From positions 928,001-992,000 of the forward strand of contig CBDAOY010000007.1 of the NCBI GenBank assembly GCA_965198225.1: a stretch of DNA of 64,000 nt, in the 5' to 3' direction. The stretch is from Terriglobia bacterium (GTDB lineage: Bacteria > Acidobacteriota > Terriglobia > 20CM-2-55-15). Every line of letters starts with the position of its first letter. Position 1 is the stretch's first letter. Shown piece after piece: positions 20,445 to 30,558 of the stretch. The notes beneath the pieces are model-generated. The model ran no database searches. It was not told the DNA's origin and saw only the letters and a list, made by a program, of their open reading frames with translations. The translations under genes were made by a program, and so were the position numbers.

Positions 20445-21407
20445 CTAGGCCAGGATCTTGCGGAGTTGCTCGGCCGTCAGGTTGCCGCCGCTCATATCCA
20501 GGGCGACTTTCTTCCCCGCCAGCTGTTCCTTCATCTTGATGCAGCCGGCCATGGCTGCCGCACCGGCGCCTTCCGCGACGTTGTGGGTGTGGTCGAACAG
20601 TATCCGGATCGCGGAATAGAGTTCCTCGTCGGTCACGAGGACGAAGTCGTCCAGGCGATCGATGAGGATGCCGAGAGTCAATTCGAAGGCCTGACGCGTA
20701 GCCATTCCCTCGGCGAACGTCTCGCAGAGATCCGAAGAAAGGAGTTTGCGGGCCTTCCAGGATTCATACACGACAGGAGCGTGGGCGGACTGGACCCCGA
20801 TGACCCGGACATCGGGTTTGATGCTCTTGGCAGCGATCGCGACGCCGCTGGCACCGCTGCCGCCACCGACCGGCACCATGATGACGTCAACGTCCGGGGC
20901 GGCTTCGAGGATCTCCAGTCCCATCGTCCCGACGCCGGAGATCAGCAACGGTTCGTTGGCCGAGTGGATGTAGCGGTACCCGTGAGCTGCAGCCTCGGTT
21001 TCCACCCACTGCCGGGCCTCGTCGAAATCCTTTCCGTGAAACTCCACGCTGGCGCCGAGCGCCTCCATCGAGGCCACCTTGTCCGCATTGGCTCCTTCGG
21101 GCACCCCGATCACGGCGCGGACACCGAAGAGGCGCGCCGCGTACGCCACGGACTGTCCATGGTTGCCGGTCGACGCGGCAATGACCCCGGCCGCTCGCTC
21201 TTCGGGGCTCAGCTGCGAAATGAGATTGATTCCGCCGCGAACTTTGAACGCGCCGATAGGCTGATGGTTCTCGTGCTTCACGTGTATCTCGACACCCAGG
21301 AGCTCTGACAGGCGCGGATACTGGTGCAGGGGCGTGGGGTTCAGGTAGCGGGCGATAACCTTTCTGGCCTGAAGGATGTCGGGTAGAGTGGGTGCTGCTG
21401 TCATCAC
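20445..21407 (-). CDS. PLP-dependent threonine/serine dehydratase
   Basis: GAFKVRG, ASTGNHG, PVGGGS, SGGN; no regulatory domain. Confidence 0.88.
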   Translation of the reverse strand: MMTAAPTLPDILQARKVIARYLNPTPLHQYPRLSELLGVEIHVKHENHQPIGAFKVRGGINLISQLSPEERAAGVIAASTGNHGQSVAYAARLFGVRAVIGVPEGANADKVASMEALGASVEFHGKDFDEARQWVETEAAAHGYRYIHSANEPLLISGVGTMGLEILEAAPDVDVIMVPVGGGSGASGVAIAAKSIKPDVRVIGVQSAHAPVVYESWKARKLLSSDLCETFAEGMATRQAFELTLGILIDRLDDFVLVTDEELYSAIRILFDHTHNVAEGAGAAAMAGCIKMKEQLAGKKVALDMSGGNLTAEQLRKILA

Positions 21408-23362
21408 ATTCGTTTCGGTACTTCGATCCCCATCAGGTCCAGCGCCCTTGTCAGGCTTCGCCGGGAAAAATCCACGACCAGCAGGTAGAACAGGCGACGA
21501 TCCGCGTCAACCTCGGAGAGAATCCGATGCTTGTGGTAGAAAAGGCTGAACCCCTGCGCCACGGCGAAGGCGAACTTTGCCAGGGTTGCCGGCTCCATGG
21601 TCATGACCACTTGATCGGCGATCTCATCCAGACGACTGGCCGAATAGATGAGTTCCCAGATGTCGTCGTCCTCCAGGAACTCCGCCAGCCGGTCGCTCTC
21701 GAGAATCCCGTAGACGTGCTCTATGGAGAAGCCCTCGTCTGCCGCCTGGACGCGGTTGAAGATGTTGTTGGCGCGGACTGTTGCATACTGGATGTACGGC
21801 CCGGTTTCGCCGTCGAAGTTCAGAGCGTCGTCGAAATCGAACGCGATCACGGCCGTTCGAGTAAACCGGAGGAGGAAGTACCGTAGCGCTCCGACCGCGA
21901 TCTGCCGGGCGATTTCGGCCTGCTCCCCGGCGCTGAAGTCCGGGTTCCGTTTCCGGACCTCACCCAGAGCATCGCCCTCGAGCATGTCGAGCAAGTCGTC
22001 GGCTTTGACGCCCCGGCCTTTTCGGCCGGAGACTTCGACGTAGGGCTTCCTGCGGTCCTCGTCGGAAAGTTGGACCCCGAGTTGTGCCGCGCAGGCGGGA
22101 GTCAGCGCGACCATCTCGTATGAGAAGTGGATCGAATGGTCGGCTTCGGCGGCGAAGCCCAACGCCCGGACGCCCTGCTGCACGACTGTCTGAGGATAAG
22201 ACTGTCGAACATCGATGACGTTGTAGACAGCCTGGCCGCCGCCGAACTGAGGATGTTCCGCCTCACCCGACGCCGAGGTCGTCACCCAGACCGGCGCCCC
22301 GTCCGGGTGGGCTTCAAAGACCTCGTAGTTGAAATCCCGTTCCAGGAGACCGAGTTTCCAGAGTTGGTATGCGATGTCCTTCCCAACGTAGGTCACGGTG
22401 CCGTTCGAGCGCACGATGATCTTGTCCTCGTCCCCGGAATCCCCCTCGAGCCGCATGACCCAGCAGCCCTCGTTCTTACCGGTTTCCTCGAAGAAGATCG
22501 CCTTGCGGTCTTTCAGGAGCTCGAATGCACGATCCCAGAACTTCAGGTGCAGGATATCGCTCTCGCGGGGCAGGACATCGTAGCCCACGTTTATGCGACC
22601 CATCGTTGCGAGATGGCGCCGGACGATCTTCATCGCGACGGCTTCAGCCATCTCTGCCGTCTCGTTGTCCCCTTCTTCGATTTCCCTCAGCGTTTGTGCC
22701 CGAGTCTTGTGTTCTGGATCCTCATTCTCGTAGAAGTCCGCTGCCTTGGCGTAGAGGTCCCAGCAGTAGAAATCGAACTTTCGTCCCGGATGTTTGATAA
22801 GCGCTCGGACTTCGGCGAGGGATCGCTTCTCGATGTGGGTGAACCCCACGATCACGTCGGCCACCTGGACGCCGGTGTTGTCGATGTAGTTCTGGATTTC
22901 AACCTTGCGGCCTGCGAGTTGCAGGATACGGACGAAAGTGTCCCCGATCACCGCGTTTCGAAGATGTCCGACGTGCGCGGCCTTGTTGGGGTTGATGTTC
23001 GTGTGCTCGACGATCACTTTCCCGCCTGAATGGTCCAGTCCCTCGAATCGGCCCGTCCGGAACTCGTCCAGCGAGCCTCGGAGCGTCCTGGGCCGGTCGA
23101 GGAAAAAGTTGATGTAGCCCGGCCCCGCGATCTCGACTCTCTGAACCCCCTCGATTTGAAGCTTGGGCGACAGCTCTTCGGCGATCGCCCGCGGAGCTTT
23201 CTTCAGCTGCTTGGCAAGGCCGAGGCACAGCGGTGTCGCCAGTTCCCCGAACTCGGCCTTGGGGGTCTGGTTGAGGACGATTTCGGGAGTGTCGATATCC
23301 CACAGATTGCGGACCGCAGCGTCGACACCGGCCTTGATCCGCTCTTGGAGTCCCAACTGCAT
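21404..23362 (-). CDS. argS: Arginine--tRNA ligase
   Basis: EHTNINPNKAAHVGHLRN, GETGPYIQYA, C-terminal P.RM. Confidence 0.95.
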   Translation of the reverse strand: MQLGLQERIKAGVDAAVRNLWDIDTPEIVLNQTPKAEFGELATPLCLGLAKQLKKAPRAIAEELSPKLQIEGVQRVEIAGPGYINFFLDRPRTLRGSLDEFRTGRFEGLDHSGGKVIVEHTNINPNKAAHVGHLRNAVIGDTFVRILQLAGRKVEIQNYIDNTGVQVADVIVGFTHIEKRSLAEVRALIKHPGRKFDFYCWDLYAKAADFYENEDPEHKTRAQTLREIEEGDNETAEMAEAVAMKIVRRHLATMGRINVGYDVLPRESDILHLKFWDRAFELLKDRKAIFFEETGKNEGCWVMRLEGDSGDEDKIIVRSNGTVTYVGKDIAYQLWKLGLLERDFNYEVFEAHPDGAPVWVTTSASGEAEHPQFGGGQAVYNVIDVRQSYPQTVVQQGVRALGFAAEADHSIHFSYEMVALTPACAAQLGVQLSDEDRRKPYVEVSGRKGRGVKADDLLDMLEGDALGEVRKRNPDFSAGEQAEIARQIAVGALRYFLLRFTRTAVIAFDFDDALNFDGETGPYIQYATVRANNIFNRVQAADEGFSIEHVYGILESDRLAEFLEDDDIWELIYSASRLDEIADQVVMTMEPATLAKFAFAVAQGFSLFYHKHRILSEVDADRRLFYLLVVDFSRRSLTRALDLMGIEVPKRM

Positions 23363-23413
23363 GAGCCGAACATCATAGCATTCAACCCGGAGGGACTCAG
23401 GCGAGGACAGGAT

Positions 23414-23920
23414 GTGGAAGACGCCTCGCGATTCCTAGTTGATCGCTTCCGAGGTCGCTTGATCGCCCACTTCCTCACCCACCGTTTTCAACATTCGGAT
23501 GCGGAAGATCTCGTGCAGGAGGTTTTTGATCGTGCGTTCAGAGGCATCGCCGGCCTGAGGGAAGAAAAGCTGTTCGAGGCCTGGCTTGCCCGGATCACGC
23601 GAAACGTTCGTAGCAGCGCGCAGACCTCCAGGCGAAGCAGGGTCGAAGGCTCCGAACCGGTCGAGGAAGTCGAGGTTGCGGCGAGCAACCCGGGGTCGGA
23701 CCCTCTGAGAACAGCCATCACGACGGACGAACTCGACCGCGTATGGCGCGCGGTGGACCGACTGCCCCCTCAGCAGCGGCAGTGCCTGCTCCTGAGGGCT
23801 GTCCGTGAGATGAGTTACGAAGAGATCGCAAAGGTTCTTCAACTCAGCGTCCGGACGGTTCGGAACCACTTGCACGAAGCTCGATCCAACCTGAAAAGTC
23901 AACTTCGAGACCAGCAATGA
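23414..23920 (+). CDS. ECF RNA polymerase sigma factor
   Basis: DAEDLVQEVF, FEAWL..I.RN, LPPQQR, SYEEIA..L..S..TV; start (GTG 23414) inferred. Confidence 0.8.
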   Translation: MEDASRFLVDRFRGRLIAHFLTHRFQHSDAEDLVQEVFDRAFRGIAGLREEKLFEAWLARITRNVRSSAQTSRRSRVEGSEPVEEVEVAASNPGSDPLRTAITTDELDRVWRAVDRLPPQQRQCLLLRAVREMSYEEIAKVLQLSVRTVRNHLHEARSNLKSQLRDQQ

Positions 23921-24009
23921 GGTCGGCCCGCTTCTGATTCCCCGGGACCCGGATTGCGTCCCGACTCGGGTGTGGGATAGCATGATTGTTTGTCTTTTGC
24001 GGGTGAGAC

Positions 24010-25266
24010 GTGGTGAAGACCCTTTACTTTGATTGCTTTTCGGGAATCAGCGGCGACATGACCCTCGGTGCTCTGATCGACGTGGGTCTCGACTTCGACT
24101 ACCTTCGCGTCGAGCTCGGCAAGTTGCCCGTCGAGGGCTTCGATCTGCAGCTGTCCCGCGTCGAGCGGGCAAGCATCAGTGCGGCCAAATTCGATGTCCT
24201 GACTGAATCGGACGGAGGGCACCACCATCACGACGGGGACGACGGCGGGCACAGTCCGGGTCACTATCACCGCAAAGCGTCCGAGATCATCGACATGATC
24301 CGTGGCAGCGGGCTCGGTCCCGGCATTCGGAAACGGGCCGTGGAGATCTTCGAAAAACTTGCGATCTCGGAAGGGCAGGTTCACGATCTTCCCCCTGAGG
24401 ACGTCGAGTTCCACGAAGTGGGCGCGGTGGACTCGATCGTGGACGTCGTCGGGACGGCCATCGGCCTGGACGCGCTCGGAATCGAACAATTCCTGTGTTC
24501 GCCGATCAATGTGGGTGGAGGTTTCATCCACTGCCAGCACGGCTATTACCCCGTACCGGCCCCTGCGACGGCGAACCTGCTGAAGCATGCGCCGGTCTAT
24601 TCCAGGCACGTGGAGGCCGAGCTGGTCACGCCGACAGGCGCCGCGATCCTCGCCGCGACCATCGACCGATTCGGGCCCATGGACGGCTTCGAGATCGACC
24701 GGGTCGGCTACGGTGCCGGCACGAAGGAGTTCGATCAGTTTCCGAACTGTCTGCGTCTGTTCCTGGGCAAAGGGGAGACTGCCGTCGGGGACACCTTCGA
24801 GGATCGGATTGTCGTGATCGAAGCCAACATCGACGACATGAGTGCGGAGAACCTCGCATACGCCGCCGAACGGCTGCTGGCGGCCGGCGCGCTGGATGTC
24901 ATCACGATCCCGGTGCAGATGAAGAAAGGGCGGCCCGGCCATCTTCTCCAGGTTCTCGCGCCATCAGGCAGTGAGGAAGACCTTTCGCGGACCATGTTCG
25001 AGGAGACCACGACGATTGGAGTGCGGATGCGTCCGATGTCCAGAAGGGTTCTGGACAGGGAAACCGTCCGGGTGGAGACCGCTCAGGGCAGGGTGGACGT
25101 CAAGGTGTCCCGCTTCAACGGCAAGATCGTCAATGTCAGCCCGGAATACGAAGACTGTGCCAGGCTGGCGCGAGCGAGCGGACGACCGTTCAAAGACGTG
25201 CAGGCCGAAGTCCTGAAGAACTACGTCGAGAGACAACAAACAGGTGAGTCGAAAGAAAATGTCTGA
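24010..25266 (+). CDS. larC: Nickel pincer cofactor biosynthesis protein LarC
   Basis: DCFSGISGDM, His-rich linker, FHEVGAVDSI, ELVTPTGAA, MKKGRPG, PEYEDC. Confidence 0.92.
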   Translation: MVKTLYFDCFSGISGDMTLGALIDVGLDFDYLRVELGKLPVEGFDLQLSRVERASISAAKFDVLTESDGGHHHHDGDDGGHSPGHYHRKASEIIDMIRGSGLGPGIRKRAVEIFEKLAISEGQVHDLPPEDVEFHEVGAVDSIVDVVGTAIGLDALGIEQFLCSPINVGGGFIHCQHGYYPVPAPATANLLKHAPVYSRHVEAELVTPTGAAILAATIDRFGPMDGFEIDRVGYGAGTKEFDQFPNCLRLFLGKGETAVGDTFEDRIVVIEANIDDMSAENLAYAAERLLAAGALDVITIPVQMKKGRPGHLLQVLAPSGSEEDLSRTMFEETTTIGVRMRPMSRRVLDRETVRVETAQGRVDVKVSRFNGKIVNVSPEYEDCARLARASGRPFKDVQAEVLKNYVERQQTGESKENV

Positions 25267-27217
25267 GACATTCTACATCACGACCCCGCTGTACTACGTC
25301 AACGCGGCGCCGCACCTGGGCGGCACCTACACGACGATCGTGGCCGACACGATCGCACAGTACAAGCGCATGATGGGGTTCGATGTGAAGTTTTTCACCG
25401 GGACGGACGAGCACGGTCAGAAGATCCAGCGTTCCGCCAGGGAGCAGGGCATCGAGCCGGCGGAACTGGTGGATCGCGTCTACAAGCAGTACGACGAACT
25501 CTGGAAGAGTATCGACATCTCTTTCGATGAGTCGATCCGGACGACCGACCCGCGACATCGCGCAGCCGTGCACGAAATCTACCGGCGTGTGAAGGCGAAT
25601 GGGTTCATCTACAAGGGGGACTATGCCGGTTGGTACTGCGTCAACTGCGAAGCCTACGCTCCGGAAACCGATCCGGAAACTCCTGCGGCGTGCCCCGATT
25701 GCGGCCGGCAGACCGAGTGGTTCTCCGAAGACAGCTACTTCTTCAAGCTGTCCGAGTTCGGGGACCGCCTGTTGGAATACTACGAGAAGAACCCGCTTTT
25801 CATCCGGCCCGAAACGCGTCGAAACGAGATCACATCCTTCGTCAAGGGAGGGCTGCGGGACCTTTCGATCAGTCGCGCGACCCTGAAGTGGGGAGTCCCG
25901 TTGCCGGATGACCCCGAGCACGTCTTCTACGTGTGGTTCGACGCTTTGACCGGCTACATGAGCGGGATCGGCTACCAGTCCAAAGAAGACAAGTACCAGA
26001 AATACTGGCCCGCGAACATCCACCTCGTCGGCAAGGACATTCTCAGGTTCCACGCCGTTTACTGGCCCGCGTTCCTGCTGGCTGCGGACCTGCCGGTGCC
26101 CGGCACGATATTCGGTCACGGGTGGTGGCTCTTCAAGGACGAAAAGATGTCTAAATCACGAGGCAACGTGTTGGATCCTTCGCTGCTTCGGGACGTGTTC
26201 GGCATCGAACTGCTGCGCTATTTCCTGTTGAGGGAGATGGTCTTCGGACAGGATTGCAACTTCAGCTTTGACGCGATCATCCAGCGCGCGAACAGCGACC
26301 TCGCCAACGATCTCGGCAACCTGTTGAGCCGGACCGTGGCGATGGTCTCGAAGTATCGGGATGGTGTCGTTCCCGCTCCAGGGGAGGCAAAGGGCGATGC
26401 CGGGGTGCAGGAGCTTGCGGCCCGTGTCGTGTCGGACTTCAGGAAGAACTTCGACGATTACAGCCTGTCGCGCGGGTTGGAGAACATCTGGGAACTAGTC
26501 GGCCGAGTGAACAAATACATCGTGGAGAACGAGCCGTGGGCGATCGCCAAGGATCCTTCGAAGGCCGGCACCCTCGACAGTGTGCTGTTCCATTCGGCGG
26601 AATCGCTGCGCATCGTCGCGGTCCTGCTCGCCCCGACGATGCCAAAGGCTTCGCAGACGATCTGGGGTCAGCTGGGGCTCGAAGGAGAGGTCGCCGCGGT
26701 TCGTCTGGACCAACTCGCATGGAGCGATACGCTCGCCGGCCGGAAGCTCGTGGGAGGACCCGCCCTTTTCCCGCGCGTCGACAAGAAGGCGATCTACGCG
26801 AAGCTGGAGTCGGGTGCCAGTGGTCAGGACGGCCACGATGCTCCGGACGGAGCGGAACCGGCCGCCGACGGACCACCCCCGCTGGCTCCGACGATCGCGA
26901 TCGAGGATTTCGTCAAGCTGGACCTGCGCGTCGGGACCGTCGTGGAGGCGGAACGAGTCAAAAAAGCCGACAAGCTACTGCGTCTGGTGGTCGACCTGGG
27001 ATTTGAGAAACGCCAGGTCGTGGCGGGCATCGCCAAGGTCTACGAACCGGAGAAGCTGATCGGCCGCCAGGTCGTCGTCGTCGCCAACCTGAAAGCCCGA
27101 AAGCTGCGCGGCCTGGAGTCGAACGGCATGATCGTCGCCGCCTCCGTCGGTCCGGACGACCGACCGGTGCTGGTCGGTTTCCACGAAGAGGTGTCCGACG
27201 GAGCGAGGCTCAAGTAG
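25259..27217 (+). CDS. metG: Methionine--tRNA ligase with C-terminal tRNA-binding domain
   Basis: FYITTPLYYVN, GTDEHG, YVWFDAL, GKDILRFH, KMSKS, C-terminal OB fold. Confidence 0.95.
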   Translation: MSETFYITTPLYYVNAAPHLGGTYTTIVADTIAQYKRMMGFDVKFFTGTDEHGQKIQRSAREQGIEPAELVDRVYKQYDELWKSIDISFDESIRTTDPRHRAAVHEIYRRVKANGFIYKGDYAGWYCVNCEAYAPETDPETPAACPDCGRQTEWFSEDSYFFKLSEFGDRLLEYYEKNPLFIRPETRRNEITSFVKGGLRDLSISRATLKWGVPLPDDPEHVFYVWFDALTGYMSGIGYQSKEDKYQKYWPANIHLVGKDILRFHAVYWPAFLLAADLPVPGTIFGHGWWLFKDEKMSKSRGNVLDPSLLRDVFGIELLRYFLLREMVFGQDCNFSFDAIIQRANSDLANDLGNLLSRTVAMVSKYRDGVVPAPGEAKGDAGVQELAARVVSDFRKNFDDYSLSRGLENIWELVGRVNKYIVENEPWAIAKDPSKAGTLDSVLFHSAESLRIVAVLLAPTMPKASQTIWGQLGLEGEVAAVRLDQLAWSDTLAGRKLVGGPALFPRVDKKAIYAKLESGASGQDGHDAPDGAEPAADGPPPLAPTIAIEDFVKLDLRVGTVVEAERVKKADKLLRLVVDLGFEKRQVVAGIAKVYEPEKLIGRQVVVVANLKARKLRGLESNGMIVAASVGPDDRPVLVGFHEEVSDGARLK

Positions 27218-27235
27218 GCCGTCCGAATCGGATGT

Positions 27236-28003
27236 ATGTTGATCGATTCCCACGCCCACCTGGACGACCCCCGCTTCGACGAGGACCGGGATGCAGTCAT
27301 CGAGCGGGCGTGGACCGCCGGCGTGCGTAAGATCCTGACGATCGGCAACGGCAAGGGGCCCGACGACATGGGCTGCGGCATCCCGCTCGCCGAATCCCAC
27401 GAATGGATCCACGCCACCGTCGGGATACATCCCCATGACGCGGCCAGGGCCGAGCCGGGCCATCTGCCGTTGATGGAGAAACTGGCCGGGGGAGCCCGTG
27501 TCGTCGCCATCGGCGAGACGGGTCTCGACTACTACTACGACAACTCTCCCCGGGAGGTTCAACGGCAAGTGTTTCGGTCCCAGCTCCAACTCGCGAAGCG
27601 GATCAACCTGCCGGTCATCATCCACACTCGCGACGCCGACGAGGACACCATCCAGATTCTTACCGAAGAGGCTCCCGATCGCGGTGTGGTCCATTGTTTT
27701 ACCGGTGGGGTCGAGCTGGCGGATTGTAGCCTCGAGCTTGGCTTGTCGATCTCCTTCTCGGGTATCGTGACCTTCAGGGGTGCGGACTCACTCCGAACGA
27801 TCGCCGGGCGCGTTCCCCGCGAACGAATCCTGATCGAAACGGACTGTCCCTATCTTGCTCCCATACCGCATCGCGGCAGACGCAACGAGCCCGCTTTCGT
27901 GGCGGACACGGCTGCCGTCCTGGCCGATATCCGCGGTGTGACCCTCGACGAACTGGCTGCGGACACGAGCCGGAACTTCCTTGACTTGTTCGAGATAGCC
28001 TGA
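27236..28003 (+). CDS. TatD family DNase
   Basis: DSHAH, GIHPH, GETGLDY, HCF, ETDCPYL. Confidence 0.92.
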   Translation: MLIDSHAHLDDPRFDEDRDAVIERAWTAGVRKILTIGNGKGPDDMGCGIPLAESHEWIHATVGIHPHDAARAEPGHLPLMEKLAGGARVVAIGETGLDYYYDNSPREVQRQVFRSQLQLAKRINLPVIIHTRDADEDTIQILTEEAPDRGVVHCFTGGVELADCSLELGLSISFSGIVTFRGADSLRTIAGRVPRERILIETDCPYLAPIPHRGRRNEPAFVADTAAVLADIRGVTLDELAADTSRNFLDLFEIA

Positions 28004-28059
28004 ATCCGGTTGAGCGAACGCCTTTCTTATGAAACCGAACCTGTCGTACAATGCCTGAA

Positions 28060-29046
28060 GTGAAGACGCTCCCCACACAGCAGGAGATCCACGGCCTGGT
28101 GGCCGCGGATCTCGAGAAGGTCGAGGAGGAGTTGCGTTCCTACGCCGAGTCCCCGGTCGAGCCGATCGCGGAAATCGGACGGTACCTGATCGAAGCCGGC
28201 GGCAAGCGTCTCCGACCAACGCTGTTGCTGCTGACGGCCCGCTCCCTGGGCGAAGTGTCGGATGCCACGATTCGCCTGGCCGCCGTGATGGAACTCATCC
28301 ACAACGCGACACTCATCCACGACGATGTGATCGATGATGCCGATACCCGCCGGGGCCGTCCCTCGGCCAACTCCAACTGGGGCAACCCGATGACCGTTCT
28401 TGCAGGAGACTGGCTCTACATGCAGTCGTTCGCGATGGCCCTGCGGGAGCGGAGTTTCGACGTCCTGAACACGCTCATCGAGATCACGCAGAAGATGGTC
28501 GAAGGAGAGTTGCTTCAGCTGACGCTGCTGGGCCGGACCGATGTCGAGGAGCAACAGCTGCTGGAGATTGCCCGCTGCAAGACTGCTTACCTGTTCGCCG
28601 GCTGTACGAGTATTCCCGGTGTTCTCGCCGGCCTCGATGACCGAGAGGTTCAAAAGCTTTCCGACCTCGGCATGAACCTCGGTATGGCGTTCCAACTCGT
28701 CGACGACCTGCTGGACCTGACGTCCACCCGGGAGTTGACCGGCAAACCCGTTGCCAACGACCTCAAGGAAGGTAAGGTAACGCTTCCTGTCTACTACGTC
28801 CTGAAACGGCGGTTGCCGGAGTACGACGATCAGATCGAGACGGTGTTGAAAGAGCAGGGGTTTGAGTCTGTGTCCTCGGACGAGATTCTAAGCCTCGTCC
28901 AAGAAGTTGACGGAGTTCGACGCACACGCACTGTGGCGGGTGACTTTGCCCGCAAGGCCGTCGCCGAACTGGAAACTTTCCCCCCATCCGTGTTCAAAGA
29001 CGCGATCGTCAGCATTCCGGAGTTCATACTCAACCGTCAGGCGTAA
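28060..29046 (+). CDS. Polyprenyl diphosphate synthase (IspB-like)
   Basis: GGKRLRP, HDDVID..RRG, KTA, FQLVDDLLD; start GTG 28060 or ATG 28051. Confidence 0.9.
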   Translation: MKTLPTQQEIHGLVAADLEKVEEELRSYAESPVEPIAEIGRYLIEAGGKRLRPTLLLLTARSLGEVSDATIRLAAVMELIHNATLIHDDVIDDADTRRGRPSANSNWGNPMTVLAGDWLYMQSFAMALRERSFDVLNTLIEITQKMVEGELLQLTLLGRTDVEEQQLLEIARCKTAYLFAGCTSIPGVLAGLDDREVQKLSDLGMNLGMAFQLVDDLLDLTSTRELTGKPVANDLKEGKVTLPVYYVLKRRLPEYDDQIETVLKEQGFESVSSDEILSLVQEVDGVRRTRTVAGDFARKAVAELETFPPSVFKDAIVSIPEFILNRQA

Positions 29047-29155
29047 GACAAGAAGGGGAGTGATCAGTTTGCTCGCCTTTGAGGGTTTGCTGTCCTAAAA
29101 CAGTTGGAAGAGACCCTTCCATGACGGGTCCCGGGACAACGAGACTTCAGGATCG

Positions 29156-29227
29156 GGTGTAGGTGCGCTCTATGAGCGCACATCGTTTCGGCTCGAAGAA
29201 TGTGCGGTCATAGACCGCACCTACACC
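29156..29227. repeat. REP doublet (REPIN), GTAG family
   Basis: Same palindromic pair as 718-790, between convergent genes. Confidence 0.85.
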
Positions 29228-29252
29228 TCCGTTAGGACAGGGCCGACACGCA

Positions 29253-30056
29253 TCAGGTCTTCTGCAGGAATTCTCCAACGACGTGGTTGAAAGCTGCCGG
29301 GTTTTCGAGGTTGCTCAGGTGTCCCGCATCGGGGATTTCTGCGTAGCGGGCCCCGGTGATCGCGTCAGCCATCTTCCTGGATTCTTCGACCGTCGTGACG
29401 ACGTCCTCCCGCCCGACGATAACGAGTACGGGACAGGTGATTTCTGCTAGCAATGAGGTGGAGTCGGGGCGGTCTCGCATTGCGCGCAGTGCCTGGCCCA
29501 CCGCGTCGGGTCTGGCGCCGGCGATCTTCGGCTCGATGAGTGCCCGGACTCCAGGATCTGCCTTTTCCCGTAGCAGGCGCGGCATCATCGCTTCCACGAG
29601 ACTTTCGGTCCCGCGGCGGTCGACGGCCTCGGCGAGTCGAGTGCGCGCGTTCTGTTCGTCCGGGTTGTCGGCCCGTGCGCGGGTATCGGCGAGGATCAGC
29701 CGTTGGACCATCCTGGGCCTCTTCCTCAAAAGTTCGAAGGCGAGATAACCGCCCATCGACAGACCGGCGAGCGCGATAGTGGAGACATCCAGCGTGTCCA
29801 GCAGGCCGAGGACGTCGTCGGCCGCGTTGCCGAGGGTCCATTCGTGGTCGAAGGAGGGGGATTTGCCGAAGCCGCGTACGTCCGGCGCGAGGACGCGGCA
29901 GTTCTCGGAGAGCGCATCGATTTGAGGCGCCCACATCGTGTGATCCAGGGGGAACGCGTGCAGCAGAAGAACTACCGGCCCGGTCCCGACATCGCTGTAG
30001 TGGAGTGGGGAACTTGGGGCGGGAGACCGAGGCCCGGAATGGATACGATCAGACAT
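29253..30056 (-). CDS. Alpha/beta fold hydrolase
   Basis: LLHAFP, PDVRGFG, GLSMGG, AGHLSNLE. Confidence 0.88.
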   Translation of the reverse strand: MSDRIHSGPRSPAPSSPLHYSDVGTGPVVLLLHAFPLDHTMWAPQIDALSENCRVLAPDVRGFGKSPSFDHEWTLGNAADDVLGLLDTLDVSTIALAGLSMGGYLAFELLRKRPRMVQRLILADTRARADNPDEQNARTRLAEAVDRRGTESLVEAMMPRLLREKADPGVRALIEPKIAGARPDAVGQALRAMRDRPDSTSLLAEITCPVLVIVGREDVVTTVEESRKMADAITGARYAEIPDAGHLSNLENPAAFNHVVGEFLQKT

Positions 30057-30126
30057 CTTTTTCCCGGCCTGAACTCGCTCTTCCTCGGCGACTCGGAACG
30101 GGCCGCTAGTGACCTGTTGCAGGCCG

Positions 30127-30558
30127 CTAGAACGTGGAGGTGCCGGAATAGACCGATGAGATGTAGCTCTTGATCTGCTCCAGGGTACTGCCTTGGTCGT
30201 GCAACCTTCTCGCGTCCAGCGAGATATCCTGGCAGAGCACTCAGCCGGCGGCGTGGCTGTCGATGTAGCAGAAGAGGTTGTTGTCGTGACCCTCCGTCTG
30301 GTCACAACCGCAGTAGCAGGGCAGCTCGGCCAGCACTTCTGGAATGTCCCGAGCGGCCACGTAAGCCTGCCGTGTCTTTCCCTGGAAGAGGTCCGGTGAG
30401 AGCGTAGCGATATCCATCGATGCTCCGGCGCCGCCCGTGCCGGCACCGCTGTCGGAACGGATGGAATACCAGCTCATGACTCCGAGCAAAATGGCCACAC
30501 CGAGCAGTAGCAATGTCTGGTAGCCGGGACTGCCTTTATTCGTCTTCTTCTTGTTCAA
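30127..30558 (-). CDS. PCYCGC-motif protein, candidate selenoprotein (UGA at 30241-30243 in UxxC)
   Basis: PCYCGC..GH.N..C..SHAAG-TGA-VLC; frame stays open to TAG at 30127; hairpin 3' of the UGA. Confidence 0.7.
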
